Positions 18,243-26,276 of a stretch of DNA of 32,000 bases are shown one piece after another. The first letter of the stretch is position 1. Every line of letters starts with the position of its first letter. Source of the stretch: an uncultured delta proteobacterium (lineage in GTDB: Bacteria > Desulfobacterota > Desulfobacteria > Desulfobacterales > JAFDCJ01); assembly GCA_963766255.1 (NCBI GenBank), contig CAVXZZ010000037.1:16960-48959 (forward strand), read 5' to 3'. The notes below the pieces were generated by a model that saw nothing but the letters and a program-made list of their open reading frames with translations, had not been told where the DNA came from and did not search any database. The translations under genes and the position numbers were made by a program.

Positions 18243-18848
18243 ATGAACAAACGATTAGTTGTTGGAATATCAGGTGCCAGCGGGGTGACCTATGGCGTCA
18301 GGTTACTGCAGGTGCTTCAAGATACGGATTATGAAACCCATTTGATCATTTCAAAATCCGGTGAGTTAAATATCCAAATTGAAACGGATTATGATCCGGC
18401 TGATGTTAAAGCCATGGCCGATTATGTCTACGATCACAAAAACATCGCGGCATCCCTGGCCAGCGGATCCTTTTTGACCGCCGGCATGGTGGTGGTGCCG
18501 TGCACCATCAAGACCCTGTCGGGAATTGCCAACTCCTACAACGAAAACCTGCTGGTAAGAGCGGCCGACGTGACCTTGAAGGAAAAACGTAAATTAGCGC
18601 TGGTAGTCAGGGAAACCCCGCTGCACAAAGGGCATCTGCGATTATTGACCATGGCCGCCGACATGGGCGCCCATATCCTGCCCCCGGTGCCCTCCTTTTA
18701 CCACATGCCCAAGACCATCGAAGATATAATCGATCAAACCATCGGCAAAATTTTCGACTTCATGGGCATCGAGCACAATCTTTTCAACCGCTGGGGGGAA
18801 GAATCGAAAAATGCCGGGAAAAACGGCTCGCCGTTGAAGGCGGTTTAG
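18243..18848 (+). CDS. ubiX: UbiX-family flavin prenyltransferase
   Basis: VVGISGASGVTYGVRLLQVL...SGSFLTAGMVVVPCTIKTLSGIANSYNENLLVRAADVTLKEKRKLALVVRETPLHKGHLRLLTMAADMGAHILPPVPSFYHMPKTIEDIIDQTIGKIFD. Confidence 0.93.
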   Translation: MNKRLVVGISGASGVTYGVRLLQVLQDTDYETHLIISKSGELNIQIETDYDPADVKAMADYVYDHKNIAASLASGSFLTAGMVVVPCTIKTLSGIANSYNENLLVRAADVTLKEKRKLALVVRETPLHKGHLRLLTMAADMGAHILPPVPSFYHMPKTIEDIIDQTIGKIFDFMGIEHNLFNRWGEESKNAGKNGSPLKAV

Positions 18849-18893
18849 CACAAGCCGTCATATGAGATGATTATTTGAGATATGGAAGAATGT

Positions 18894-19319
18894 TTATTTC
18901 CGATCTTCTACTTTGATCTCCATCGCGATGTGTCCCCAGCCCCCGCATTGGATACCCACGTCGAAACAGCCGACCCGGTTCAGTCTCATATCGTTGGGGT
19001 CTATCCCCGCATAAAACAGCTCATTAACAACAACCATGGGGCCGGAAAGGACACTCAGCGCGTGAACACATATACGCTTGGGATTCAATTTGGTTATCAG
19101 GTTTCCGGCGCCGTCAAAATAGAATTTATCACCGACATGATGTTGACTGGCGCATCCATGTGATGCGACGACTTCAGCAACAATGGTTTTATTCATTAAG
19201 TCGGGCGCTTTTGACATGATTTCTACGTTCTTGGGATTACTGCGAAATTTTTCCAGTTCCTCATCGGTATATCCAAGATGCTGCTGCATGAATTTCCAGG
19301 TCTCTTCATTAACTTCCAT
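18894..19319 (-). CDS. Conserved hypothetical protein, possibly TIGR04076-type Cys/Gly-containing family
   Basis: VAEVVASHGCASQHHVGDKFYFDGAGNLITKLNPKRICVHALSVLSG...DPNDMRLNRVGCFDVGIQCGGWGHIAMEIKVE; family name is from memory, not verified. Confidence 0.45.
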   Translation of the reverse strand: MEVNEETWKFMQQHLGYTDEELEKFRSNPKNVEIMSKAPDLMNKTIVAEVVASHGCASQHHVGDKFYFDGAGNLITKLNPKRICVHALSVLSGPMVVVNELFYAGIDPNDMRLNRVGCFDVGIQCGGWGHIAMEIKVEDRK

Positions 19320-19322
19320 TTA

Positions 19323-19961
19323 TCATCTCCTTTTTTGAATATCCTCCAATTTTTCTAAGAGCCTCTCGATATTTTTCTGCTTCTCTTTATCTCTCATTTT
19401 TTTCTGGGACTCGGTATAATATTGATGGTTGGTTATAACTGCCAGTGTACCCTGGTACCATTTTTCATCATCACTGACATCGATCCCCCTTATCCGCCGC
19501 CCTTCCCTTAACTTTCCATCCAATTCGAAAAAATCCTCCCGGCCGAAGTGGTCGAGATCGGCATCACAAAGAATCTTCTCCACATGGGTCTGCGGTTTTA
19601 CCGCAAGATCGGTTGCCAGTATCATTTTCTGGATCTTTTCGATTTCGTCCGGCTTGTAGCCGATCAATTTAAGAATTCTGCCTGCCATGCGAGCGGCTAT
19701 GGGCTCATTGGGTGCATATTCTCTTATATAACCCGAGTCATGAAAATAGGCTGCAGTTAGAAGCAATTCCCTATCATGATCTGAAATCTTCTCGGATAGG
19801 GCAATACGGTTCGCAGAAGCAACCACGCCCTTGGTGGGATGAAGGGTATGCTTGGCATCATGATATTTCAGTCCGCGGATCAACTCATCTTTGAATAAAT
19901 CCCGAATATACTCATCCACGACTTTCAGCCGGGGTGTGTGGGGCTTGTAATATGGATTCAT
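19323..19961 (-). CDS. HD-domain phosphohydrolase-like protein
   Basis: LKYHDAKHTLHPTKGVVASANRIALSEKISDHDRELLLTAAYFHDSGYIREY...GRILKLIGYKPDEIEKIQKMILATD...CDADLDHFGREDFF. Confidence 0.78.
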   Translation of the reverse strand: MNPYYKPHTPRLKVVDEYIRDLFKDELIRGLKYHDAKHTLHPTKGVVASANRIALSEKISDHDRELLLTAAYFHDSGYIREYAPNEPIAARMAGRILKLIGYKPDEIEKIQKMILATDLAVKPQTHVEKILCDADLDHFGREDFFELDGKLREGRRIRGIDVSDDEKWYQGTLAVITNHQYYTESQKKMRDKEKQKNIERLLEKLEDIQKRR

Positions 19962-20299
19962 ATCTAAACCTGTATTAATTTTGCTTATGTTGGATTTTTA
20001 ACAGAAACGCTGTACCAGATGAGAGGCAAAACTTGATTCAGTAGTTAGAAAACCGCTTCAGGTCAGGTAGAATAGGTGCTTCAGCAATTGATTAACTTCG
20101 TTTATAAACAAATCGATGGCATTTAGTCAATCATAATTGAGGGAACGGAAAATGGCGAGCCAATAAATCCTGATATGAGCAACTGCTGATACACTGGACG
20201 GCCATCTGTAAAGCAAAAAAAGGCAGTGCCGAACTTGGCCCTGCCTTTAATTGAGGAACTCTTTAATTTCTTTGATAGTTGGAAACCTAAATGATTAAT

Positions 20300-20941
20300 C
20301 TATTTATTCTTACCGCCCTTGCCGCCTCCATTACCGCCGCCTTCGCCACCCCCATTGCCACCGCCGTGACCACCACCGCGATTGCTGCTTTTGTTTTTGC
20401 TATGTCCTAACGCAAGTCCTTTGCCTTGATTATTCTGGCGGCTGTCGGCATAGGCTATATCAGAATCTTTTTGCACCATTTTCGCTTTGGATTTCATACC
20501 TGAATGTTTTGAGTGATGAACGCTCTCTTCGAAAGATTTTGGAGAATGACCCAATCCCAGCACAGAAGGATGTAAGTCGTAATTATACTCTCTATTTATT
20601 TTATGTACGATATCCCCCCAACCCATGCCGGCGGCTCGCATACGTGTAATCTGCCGGGAAATCGTCTCCACTTGCTCACGATAAACCGCTCTGGCGGCTT
20701 TATAGCGCCCAAGCTCAATTAACTCAATAACTTTAGGGTCTTGCAACGCGGCCTGTCTGGCAACATTGTCTGCATGCTGAGCCTGGGCAGCGTTCTGAAA
20801 TGTCACTTCAGGTTCATCAGCCCTCAGGTCAGTTAACCCGAACCAAGCAACCATAGAAATACAGACGAAAAAGACTAGAAGCAAATATTTTGCGGAAATT
20901 TTCAATTTGTTTTTTTCTGCTGATAACAGCTCAATCATCAT
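20300..20941 (-). CDS. Hypothetical exported protein with Gly/Asn/Lys-rich low-complexity C-terminus
   Basis: Signal/TM segment YLLLVFFVCISMVAWFGLTDLRA; C-terminus RGGGHGGGNGGGEGGGNGGGKGGKNK. Confidence 0.6.
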   Translation of the reverse strand: MMIELLSAEKNKLKISAKYLLLVFFVCISMVAWFGLTDLRADEPEVTFQNAAQAQHADNVARQAALQDPKVIELIELGRYKAARAVYREQVETISRQITRMRAAGMGWGDIVHKINREYNYDLHPSVLGLGHSPKSFEESVHHSKHSGMKSKAKMVQKDSDIAYADSRQNNQGKGLALGHSKNKSSNRGGGHGGGNGGGEGGGNGGGKGGKNK

Positions 20942-21172
20942 TTTCCTCCCTCAATATCAGGATAAGTTTCGGCTTTTTGGAAAATCAATTTAATTCTTAG
21001 CAAGCAAAAATCATGCAAACATTTGGTCGTAACGGACAATCATTTAATATCAGGTGGTTAGCTCAAAATAGTTGAAATCTATGGAAAAACATAAGAAAAA
21101 AAGTAAACAAAAGGGGTATATTTTTTTCACAGCTGCAATAAAGGGGGGGATTCCATTTTGATCAATTAAATG

Positions 21173-21309
21173 AGCAGTCGGGGAGTTTTTCCCGTCTTAC
21201 CCTCAAATGCGAGCATCGGGAGGCAGCCAGAAAAGCCGACAAACATATTCTGGATTCCAGCCTTTGCGGGAATGACAAGGAGTGAATGAAAAACTCCCCG
21301 ACCCCTCAG
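21173..21309. mobile_element. Short non-coding element bounded by the same end sequences as the adjacent IS (MITE-like or IS remnant)
   Basis: Left TGAGCAGTCGGGGAGTTTTTCCC (21173-21195), right AAACTCCCCGACCCCTCAG (21291-21309), versus IS ends TTGAGGGGTCGGGGAGTTT/AAACTCCCCGACCCCTCAA. Confidence 0.5.
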
Positions 21310-21374
21310 ATATATACAGTTCAAACTATAAGGCAGAGCAACTGAATGACTCTGCCTTTTAGGTGATTAATTAT

Positions 21375-22530
21375 TTGAGGGGTCGGGGAGTTTATCCCAA
21401 AACCCGCTCTTTGATATTCCAAGTTGATTTACCTAGTTTAAATGCTTCGAGTTGATGCATTTGGATAGTCAAACCCATTGCTGCGAACAACCAGCGGTTA
21501 TTTTCATCACCGCGCATCCAGCAACGGTTTAACTCGAAAATATCTTTTACCAATCCTTGCATGGGCTCGACTTTAAACGATCTTTCACGGTAGATCTTTT
21601 TATGTTTTTTCTTTTTCATAAACTTGATCATCTTTTTTCGGTGCGGCGACTTATCCATGTTTTCACGACACCAAGTAATCAAGTTTATTTTACGTTGTCT
21701 TTGAACTCTCGAAATAAATCGAAATCGTCAGCTTTGGAGTCCATGGCAACGTAGTCAAGCTGATCTTTGATATGAAAAGTTTCAAGCCACATGCGCTTGG
21801 CTTCACTGGCAGAGTTTTTCATCCATACAAAACAGCCCAAAACAGGGTGCTGATGTGAAGTCAATGAAAATGAACCATGGCCATAAACCCACCCATCGGC
21901 ATTTGATTTACACCAAGTCGCTTGTTGGTCCAGACCGCGCAGGCCCTTGGGGATAAAGCCTTTTTCCTTATGTTTTTTGTGCCAAACAGGGCCTTTGGCT
22001 TTGTTCATCATTTTATCAGCGCTGATGATGTTGTCTTTACTCAAGCTCAGGAAATAGCTGAAAAATGAACGCTGCTGGTTTTCCAGGGAAATGACGGATT
22101 TTTTTTAAACGCTCTCGCAGTTGTCTTTCGCTAATCGGCGTTAAATCTAATCCTTGTGCTATCACGTCCCAATATTTAGTAGCAGTTTTATGAATCTGTA
22201 CATATGTTTTGATTTTCAACTTTACTGACAAAATAGCGATGAACATAATCAACCACTCAGGATATTTGAAATTCGGTCCACGCTCACCCATTCTTTGTGG
22301 ATCCGGGAAATCAGTTTCATCTAAAAAGGCCCTGAAATCATTGCGGGTTTCACGAATCCAGCGGGTTGAAATTTTGTTCGATTTTATGCCCATGAATAAT
22401 CTCCTTTGTTATTGAATTTATTGAGATTATTCATAACAATTACAAAAGCTTATGTCTAGTTATATTTTTGCATTAATATTAATAAGTTACGGTCGGTGGC
22501 AGAGTTCTAAAAAACTCCCCGACCCCTCAA
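21375..22530 (-). mobile_element. Insertion sequence, 1156 bp, 19-bp perfect terminal inverted repeats, candidate 4-bp TSD (TTAT)
   Basis: TTGAGGGGTCGGGGAGTTT (21375-21393) and its reverse complement AAACTCCCCGACCCCTCAA (22512-22530); TTAT at 21371-21374 and 22531-22534. Confidence 0.85.
21392..22393 (-). pseudogene. DDE-type transposase, disrupted by two frame changes (ORFs 22037..22393, 21685..22044, 21392..21682)
   Basis: Three consecutive minus-strand fragments inside the IS; PKGLRGLDQQATWCKSNADGWVYGHGSF and YRERSFKVEPMQGLVKDIFELNRCWMRG resemble transposase blocks; first and third fragments share a frame, middle is shifted; T3A8 tract lies near the first junction. Confidence 0.7.
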
Positions 22531-22543
22531 TTATTTAGGTTGC

Positions 22544-22990
22544 CTACAACTCTGATGTACAAAAACCACATCGGGTAGCTTTGATGGAAATTTCTGAAAA
22601 ACAGTGGGGGCATTCCTTAGTGGTTGGCTCTTCCGGTGGCGCTTCTTCTTGTTTCTTCATATTGTTTAAACCTTTGATTAGGAGAAAAACAGCAAAGGCA
22701 ACAATCAGAAAGCTGATTATGGTATTAAGAAACATGCCATAATTAATGGTGACCGCTCCGGCCTTCTGAGCCTCCGCCACAGTGGCAAATGATCCGGCAA
22801 CCGCGCCCTCTTTAATAACAACGAATAGATTTGAAAAATCGACATTCCCAAGCAGCAGACCGATCGGGGGCATAATCACATCTGCAACCAGCGATTTGAC
22901 GATGGTACCGAAAGCTGCACCGATAATAATGCCGACAGCCATATCAACGACATTGCCCCTCATTGCAAATTCTTTAAATTCTTTAAACAT
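22544..22990 (-). CDS. mscL: Large-conductance mechanosensitive channel with C-terminal zinc-ribbon-like extension
   Basis: [48 protein letters not shown]...[25 protein letters not shown], then CPHC...CGFC tail. Confidence 0.95.
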   Translation of the reverse strand: MFKEFKEFAMRGNVVDMAVGIIIGAAFGTIVKSLVADVIMPPIGLLLGNVDFSNLFVVIKEGAVAGSFATVAEAQKAGAVTINYGMFLNTIISFLIVAFAVFLLIKGLNNMKKQEEAPPEEPTTKECPHCFSEISIKATRCGFCTSEL

Positions 22991-23156
22991 ATAAATTCTC
23001 CTTTCGTTGCCTAATATTCTTGTGGATTCTATGCCTCAACTTGAGCTACATCAGATATAGGTTGATGTCAAACAATTATCCAAATAGGACATTTAGAGCT
23101 ATCTGAATTCTTGCAATAGTAAAGAGAGTGAACTAAGAGCTGGCCTTTTCAACCCC

Positions 23157-23546
23157 CTAATTAAAAAGCTTTTGATCTTCATAAACCGTATGGCCAACAA
23201 ACCAATCTGTTAAAAAGCCAAGGAACTGCCCCACAGATATCAAACCTTTTTTTAAATCTTCAGCATGATGATTAAACTCCTCAAGGAGTTCTAAGTGACG
23301 CTGATGGTGACTACTGACTCCTTGGAGATCACAGGATGTCGCTATATTCTCCTCTGAAGTAAAATGAAAATCAGCGTACTTCCTTAACTCGCTTATCAGG
23401 TTTTGTGTATAAGCAGCATCATCGGTTTCTTTAAAATTTTTCCCGACGCGGTTTATCAGGTCCACAAAAAAGCGATGCTGTAAATCGACATTTTTATTGC
23501 CGGTCTCAAAATTTGATTCCCATTCTAATTCCATAATTGCTTCCAA
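23157..23546 (-). CDS. Bacteriohemerythrin
   Basis: NVDLQHRFFVDLINRV...KYADFHFTSEENI...HHQRHLELLEEF...LTDWFVGHTVYEDQKL: hemerythrin His/Glu/Asp ligand pattern. Confidence 0.9.
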   Translation of the reverse strand: MEAIMELEWESNFETGNKNVDLQHRFFVDLINRVGKNFKETDDAAYTQNLISELRKYADFHFTSEENIATSCDLQGVSSHHQRHLELLEEFNHHAEDLKKGLISVGQFLGFLTDWFVGHTVYEDQKLFN

Positions 23547-23853
23547 TTGGCAGGGCGTCTGCGAAAGAAAAAATCCCCTTATCCCGCTTCTGGCAACCTG
23601 TTTTCAAAGGGGAGAAATTGAATGGGGACTTCCCTATCCAAAGTAGGGCGGGCCACCGTGCCCGCCTTTAAGGGAGGTTACATTCTAAATTTTGGAAGGT
23701 GGGTCCTTTCCTGGATGTTCCCCCCTTTGGAAAAGGGGGGCCAGGGGGGATTTTGAACACCGATCAGACAGAGCAATTTTCTGATATTTGCTATTGTTGC
23801 ATCTATTTTTTGCCGGAAGTGGCCATACTTTTCGTTGATAACTGCTTATCAGA

Positions 23854-25284
23854 TCAACCACAGCGACGGGGCGTCTCCCACCAGGCGATGATGGAGCCAA
23901 GTCGCTTAAAACAAAGTTTTTCCCTGCGCTCAATCTCCCTGATCCATTGCCCCAGTCCCGATGCGTGGTGGATGATCAGGGGGGTGCTGTGAGGAGGTAA
24001 GATATCGTTTTGCAAGCCATAAAGGGCAATGTTTTTTTGAATGCTTGCTGCCGTCTCGCCGGTATCCCAGGGCGTGGGGTGTATGAATCCGTGGATGGCA
24101 CCCTCTCTGGACGCGTATCCCAGCTGCTTGGGGAATTCTTCTTTCAACTGCCTGATATGACGAACCGTGTCGATATTTTTCCTGACATCCAGTCCCTTAT
24201 TGAGATTTTTCAGAATGGTATCGTCAAAGGATTCAAATCCAATGGAACTCAAAAGCACATAAACTCCCTGTTCACCGCCTATCATCAGCGCCTGCTTTAA
24301 ATGCCGGATCCCTGTCATCAGCCAATCCGCCCTTAGGGTGAGGTTTATTTGTGAAAGTTTAATGCCCCGGGAACTGACTTCTCTCATTATATCGGGCAAA
24401 CCCGGCAGCGGGTTCTCATTGATGAGTTCAAAGGGGATTTTCCTGCCATCTGCGGCTTCGGGCAGACACTGAATTTGACTGAACACCGTCTCGCCGTCCA
24501 GTTTTCCGAAATACCCTTTGTCAGCGGCCACATCACAGAAGCTGCACCCCTTTAAAGATAGTTTGATAGGCTTTCCCTGACCTTCGTTAATGGAAACAGG
24601 GTAATCGATCTCCAGCGGGGTTGTCCTGGTGGCGTGGGGGCATCCAATGTGCTGCAATACTTGACCCAGGCCGATATCAATAGGCACAAGCCCCTCCCCT
24701 GCTGCTTTGTATATATTATTCCAGCGAACTTTTCCCAGATACTCGGAATTCCATTCATTTGGCGGATTTTGTATGAAGTTGCCGTTGGGGTCGATATACA
24801 AAAGACCGGGGATCCGTGGCCATTCTTCTTTTCCATCGAGGTGATCTAAAAGCTCGACTACCTGCTCCGCCGGCCCCTGCAAACCAAAGTGGAAATTTTC
24901 AGACAAACCCTGAAATCGATGCGGATGATCCTGCCATCCCTCCTCGCCGACAAAATCAACATTGGCCTGGGGTCCTGCAAGCAGGGTGACGGCACCTTCA
25001 CCCTTAAGCTCTTTTGCCAGGCCGAAAAGGTCCTCGCGGCCACTCAGAGCAGAAAATCCAACCAGCGGCCTATTGGTGCCAAAGTAATCCGCCAGGTGTT
25101 TCTTGAGAACGGCCCGGTCATATTCCCGGGTAACAGCGATGACGATACACTCATAGGGGCTATGATCCTGAATAATGGTGGCGGCCATTTGAGGACCCAG
25201 GAGGCCATAATTTTCATTTTCAAAATAGCCAACGATAATGGCCATTTTCTTCCCGGAGCGGTTGTCTTTGTTGAACTTTATCAT
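23854..25284 (-). CDS. Radical SAM-like protein with N-terminal B12-binding-like region (atypical Cys motif)
   Basis: Overall B12-binding/radical SAM layout; KLSLKGCSFCDVAADKGYFG, ISLRAD-like LTLRADWL, TVRHIRQLKEEFPKQLGY. Canonical CxxxCxxC not found. Confidence 0.6.
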   Translation of the reverse strand: MIKFNKDNRSGKKMAIIVGYFENENYGLLGPQMAATIIQDHSPYECIVIAVTREYDRAVLKKHLADYFGTNRPLVGFSALSGREDLFGLAKELKGEGAVTLLAGPQANVDFVGEEGWQDHPHRFQGLSENFHFGLQGPAEQVVELLDHLDGKEEWPRIPGLLYIDPNGNFIQNPPNEWNSEYLGKVRWNNIYKAAGEGLVPIDIGLGQVLQHIGCPHATRTTPLEIDYPVSINEGQGKPIKLSLKGCSFCDVAADKGYFGKLDGETVFSQIQCLPEAADGRKIPFELINENPLPGLPDIMREVSSRGIKLSQINLTLRADWLMTGIRHLKQALMIGGEQGVYVLLSSIGFESFDDTILKNLNKGLDVRKNIDTVRHIRQLKEEFPKQLGYASREGAIHGFIHPTPWDTGETAASIQKNIALYGLQNDILPPHSTPLIIHHASGLGQWIREIERREKLCFKRLGSIIAWWETPRRCG

Positions 25285-25299
25285 CAGATTTTTTTAAAA

Positions 25300-25393
25300 G
25301 GAATGGATTCGATTTTTATTAACAGCTTTTTGACAGGATTTACAGGATTTACAAGATTTTTTTCTTTTTCATTTCCCTGAAGGAAATGAAAAA
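25300..25393 (+). repeat. Dispersed repeat copy 3
   Basis: GAATGGATTC (25301-25310), GACAGGATTTACAGGATTTACAAGATTTT from 25332, hairpin TTTTTCATTTCC-CTGAA-GGAAATGAAAAA (25365-25393). Confidence 0.75.
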
Positions 25394-25498
25394 ACTTCAT
25401 GCGATCTATCGAATAATATACTGCCAGATCGGAAATGGAATGGTTCTGGGATGTCTGCCGGTCGGAGGAAGAGATAGGAAGCGGCAATGAACTATAAA

Positions 25499-25529
25499 GG
25501 GAGGTCTCCGCACAGAACAGAGACCTCCC
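25499..25529 (-). terminator. Candidate stem-loop terminator downstream of the ferredoxin/AOR genes
   Basis: GGGAGGTCTC / 11-nt loop / GAGACCTCCC; only a weak T-tract (CCTTTATAG) in the minus direction. Confidence 0.45.
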
Positions 25530-25568
25530 CGGTAATTTAATTAAGAACTCTGGGCTGAAGATTATCAG

Positions 25569-26066
25569 CTAAATCTGGGCCTGCAAATCAGCAGCCTGCT
25601 TGCCGGCATCCGATACCCGCTGGGCAGCCTTTCGGCTTTTTCGAATGGCCACTTCGCCCGCGTCAATAAATTCTACGGCCTTCACGTCACAGAACCTGAC
25701 GCACTGGGGATCACCGTCACAGACGTCGCATTTGAGAACCCGCCGATCGGTGGTATTAAAATTCATGGCGCCAAAGGGGCAGACGCTGACACATGACCGG
25801 CAGCCAATACAGGTATTGTGGTCAACGGACACGCGGCCCAGCTCCTCATCCCGGGAGATGGCCTTGACCGGACAAACAGTTAAACAGGGAGCATCCTGGC
25901 ATTGCTGGCATGTCATCGGAATGTAAAGGCCTATGGCCTCCCATTTAAGCACCCGGATCCGACTCCTGGCAGGATTGGATATCCCATCATGGGAAACAGA
26001 GCATACCAGCTCACACAGCCTGCAGCCTGTGCATTTCTCGTGATCGACAAATAATACTTTAGCCAT
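25569..26066 (-). CDS. 4Fe-4S dicluster ferredoxin-like electron-transfer protein
   Basis: CTGCRLCELVCSVSH, CQQCQDAPCLTVCPVKAI, CIGCRSCVSVCPFGAM, CDVCDGDPQCVRFC: four iron-sulfur Cys blocks. Confidence 0.92.
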   Translation of the reverse strand: MAKVLFVDHEKCTGCRLCELVCSVSHDGISNPARSRIRVLKWEAIGLYIPMTCQQCQDAPCLTVCPVKAISRDEELGRVSVDHNTCIGCRSCVSVCPFGAMNFNTTDRRVLKCDVCDGDPQCVRFCDVKAVEFIDAGEVAIRKSRKAAQRVSDAGKQAADLQAQI

Positions 26067-26276
26067 TTATTTTCTCCTATCATATAGGCAAAAAACGTTC
26101 AATTAGAGTCTTAAGTGAAAGTTCTTTGCATTTTATGAAAAAACGTATTTCACCACAAAGGGCACGAAGTTTCCGAAGAAGGTACAAATTCAAATAATCA
26201 ATTATTATCTTTGTGCTCTGCGTGTTCTTCGTGATTTAATTCCATTTTGGTTGCCAATTTTTTAACTTAACTGGGA

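Noticed and set aside
23720-23740. CCCCCCTTT...AAAGGGGGG hairpin
   Set aside because: Common low-complexity intergenic palindrome in such genomes, no specific functional evidence beyond possible terminator activity.
24889-25380. Plus-strand ORF (163 aa) opposite the radical-SAM-like gene and running into the repeat
   Set aside because: Antisense shadow; its C-terminus comes from the repeat sequence.
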